A stretch of 64,000 nucleotides of DNA, from contig CM119268.1 of the NCBI GenBank assembly GCA_051294375.1, forward strand, positions 4,664,666 to 4,728,665, written 5' to 3'. The position numbers were made by a program, and so were the translations under genes. The DNA comes from Paraspadella gotoi. Lineage: Eukaryota > Animalia > Chaetognatha. Of this stretch, positions 61,343 to 64,000 are shown piece by piece. Below the pieces are notes generated by a model that did not search any database, had not been told where the DNA came from, and worked only from the letters and a program-made list of their open reading frames with translations. How positions within the stretch are numbered: position 1 is the stretch's first letter; every line of letters begins with the position of its first letter.

Positions 61343-62621
61343 TCATGCTAAGAGGCATTGAGATGGTATCGAAAAAGACGACGCCGCCGACGACGAAGAA
61401 GAACGAGGAGAGGAAGTCGTCGTTGACTCCCTCCACTTCCTCCTCCTCCTCCTCTTCTTCCTCTCTTCCTCGAGAAGATCTTTTAATTTGGTTGGGAGAC
61501 GAAGATTCTGAAGGAAAAACAAGGGGAGAAAGGATCGGAACAACATTGGGAAGGGATAGGAACATGGTGAAGGATTATGACGATATGTCTCGAGATCAGA
61601 ACAATTTGACGAAGAAAAAGAACAACATGGCGAAGGCTGAGATAGACGCGACGAAAGATAAGAACAACATGGCAAAGGAACAAAACAAAAGGAGAGATTA
61701 GAACAACTTCCTAATGTCAAAAAAACACGGTTAGGGATAAGAACATAAGAATGCAAGATCATACTGCAGAGTAACGTACATAATACACGGTAACATATGC
61801 AACGTTTTCCAACCAAATTGGCCAATTGCAACCGCAACATCAAAAAGGTCATCAACATCGACTCACCTCTGGTTCTCGTCCTTCCAGATTTTCCACGATG
61901 GATTTGAGGCATTTGCTTTGGAGAGGCTCGGGCTGCAGAAGGAAAAAAAACAAAGATCTTTAAGCTTCGTCTTTGTTGTTGTTATCGTTGTCGTATATGT
62001 CGTCGTTATCTTCGACCTTATTGTTGTTGTCGTTCTCCTTGTCGTTGTCATTGTTATCATCTTCGTTTTCGGCGTCGTCGTAATTTTCGTCTTTGTCATC
62101 GTCGTCGGAGCTGTCATCAGAAATCTGTTTGGTTGGTTGGTTGGTTGTTGGTTTTGTTCACTGTTGGTTGTTGTTGATTAGACGATTTTGCTTTGTTGGT
62201 GGTTGTTGGTTGGTTGGTTGGTTGTTTGGTTGGTTGGTTGTCTGGTTCGTCGTCGTCGTCATTGGATGTAGTTGTATTCGTAGTTGTTGTTGTTGTTACC
62301 TTGAAACGGCAAAAGAGCAATTGGAAGTAATCGAAGAAAAGACCCGATTTCCAATAACTAGAATCAGAACCGAAGACTCGAAGGCGAACCTGGGGGAGAA
62401 AGTAATGGGGGGTAGGAAACGGGGAGCCGATTGAAGATGGGAAGGTAGGGGGAGAGGGGGTTGAGGAGGAAGAAGGCGAGGGGTAGTGAGGTGGGAAAGG
62501 GGAAGAAAAGAAAGAAAGAAAGAAATAGTGGGGAGAGGGAGGGAGGGAGGGAGAGATATTGATATTGATATTGAAAATAGGAGTAGAGCTTTAGGCCAGT
62601 TTTCAAAACTACCTCAAAAGA

Positions 62622-62662
<41 letters not shown>

Positions 62663-63666
62663 GAGAGAGAGGAGAGAGAAGGAGAGAGAGAGTGAGAAGA
62701 GAGAGAGAGAAGACAAAAAAGAAAGGGAGAGAGATGTGAGCAGTAAAGAGAGAGAGAGAAAAGAAAAGAGAAAGGAAAAGATAGTTAGTTAGTTAGTTAG
62801 AGAGAGAGAGATATATATATATCCCGTCTCACCTTGCAACTGGTCTTCAAATCGAACCAACCAACGACCATATTCAGCCAATCACCGCTCGACTTCGTCG
62901 CCGCCAACAAATCATCGCCTTTCATCGTCAGTCGTGGAATTTGAAAACCGTTGTCTGGCAACGGCGTCGGACGGGAAGGGAGCCGTAGGCCGGAAGAGGG
63001 CGCGTCGTCGGAAATGGGCGTGTCCGGGAAAGGAGGCGTTCCGCCGGTAATAACGCCGGAATCGTCGCCGCGGATGTAATATTTCAAGTTTCCCGCCAAA
63101 GTGGCTCGTTGATTGGATTTGATTCTTTGAACGAGAAAGTAGCGTCCTGATCGGAGTTTAGATCGAGGGGGTAGGATAGAAGTGGATAGAGGAGGTTAGG
63201 GTAGTCGTTAGAGAAGCGACGATTGACATGTTGGAGTAGTTGACTATGGTTACACTAACAAAATACAAACAAATAACAATTTAAATCAATCGAAATAAAA
63301 TCCAATGATTAAATAAACAAATTACTAATGTGATGCTAAGTTGACGCGCGGAAATTTCAAAGATATTATTTCAGATCGATCGTTGATCGTTAACCAAGAT
63401 TTTGATCTCCAGCGTCAAACGGACGAACCCAACTGAAACGACTAATAACAACGACCCCGCCCTTACCCCGTTAAGCGACTCCCTGAACTCACCCGGACTC
63501 ATTTCGTCGGCAGCGGCCTCCGGCGGCGGAAACTCGTACCATCCCATCTCCAACCAGCAGACGTGATGCACGTGGACGCATCGCCGATCGCGACAGTCGA
63601 CGTCCGTTTGGGTCACGACGTATTGCTCCGGGGTGTCGAGCCAGGTCACGGGGGCTGAAGTCGCGC
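61343..63666 (-). CDS. PP2/Nictaba-like lectin domain + SOCS-box protein with polybasic tract and C-terminal CaaX; 5' exons beyond window end
   Basis: Exons 63666-63467, 63146-62833, 62389-62300, 61932-61867, 61507-61343. PP2-like motifs VTWLDTPEQY, VHHVCWLEMG, RYFLVQRIK, GDWLNMVVGWF, SYWKSGLFFD. Then PEPLQSKCLKSIVENL...NLRLPTKLKDLL (SOCS-box pattern), KKRRRRRK and terminal CLLA*. One base appears to be missing in the G-run at the first junction. Confidence 0.75.
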
Positions 63667-63794
63667 CTGAGTTAAGGATAAATGCGGTGGGGGAGGATTT
63701 AGGGGTAAGGGGTGTCTCTCTTTTTCACAGACTACCCCCCTTTTTCTTCGTTTTTCGCAGAATTTAATTTTAGCATTAATATTCTTGTAAACTA

Positions 63795-63840
63795 ATCCCT
63801 AACCCTAATCCTTAACTCTAACCTAATTCTAAACCCTAAT
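63795..63840 (-). repeat. Degenerate telomere-like (CCCTAA)n tract
   Basis: atccctaaccctaatccttaactctaacctaattctaaaccctaa. Confidence 0.5.
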
Positions 63841-64000
63841 GCCAAACGCTTATCTCTATTTTTCATCCCTCACCTCTAATTCAATCTTTAACTAAAAAAA
63901 ATTAACTGAATTAAAAATTTAAGATAAAATGAGGCATTCTAGAAAAAAATTGCCAAAATTTTGAAGTATATTGGCCCGGAAGTAACGCCCTTTTTTCTCG

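Overview
AT-rich, microsatellite-laden genomic DNA from an invertebrate animal, with short GC-rich exons separated by GT-AG introns. The long coil-1B intermediate filament points to a non-chordate. Most ORF-track entries are translated simple repeats. Seven protein-coding loci can be reconstructed by hand: (1) an aldo-keto reductase (- strand, runs off the left end); (2) an intronless multi-C2H2 zinc-finger gene nested on the same strand in an AKR intron; (3) a 12-exon cytoplasmic intermediate filament gene with a long coil 1B and a Gly-rich tail in place of the lamin Ig fold; (4) a Ly6/three-finger-like GPI-type protein with two duplicated, equal-length alternative last exons; (5) a secreted kringle + 2x chitin-binding (peritrophin-A) + acidic-tail protein; (6) a 14-exon SLC16/MCT-like MFS transporter; (7) the 3' part of a gene joining a PP2/Nictaba-like lectin domain to a SOCS box, a polybasic tract and a C-terminal CaaX. 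Locus 7 is the most unusual item. Repeats include a decayed BEL/Pao LTR retrotransposon, two TA-flanked Tc1/mariner-type non-autonomous elements, palindromic foldback elements, tRNA-derived SINE-like heads and telomere-like tracts. Many exons carry single-base indels, often in homopolymers, which suggests assembly error. Frameshifts are therefore not taken as proof of pseudogenes. All domain calls come from motif recognition by eye, not database searches.
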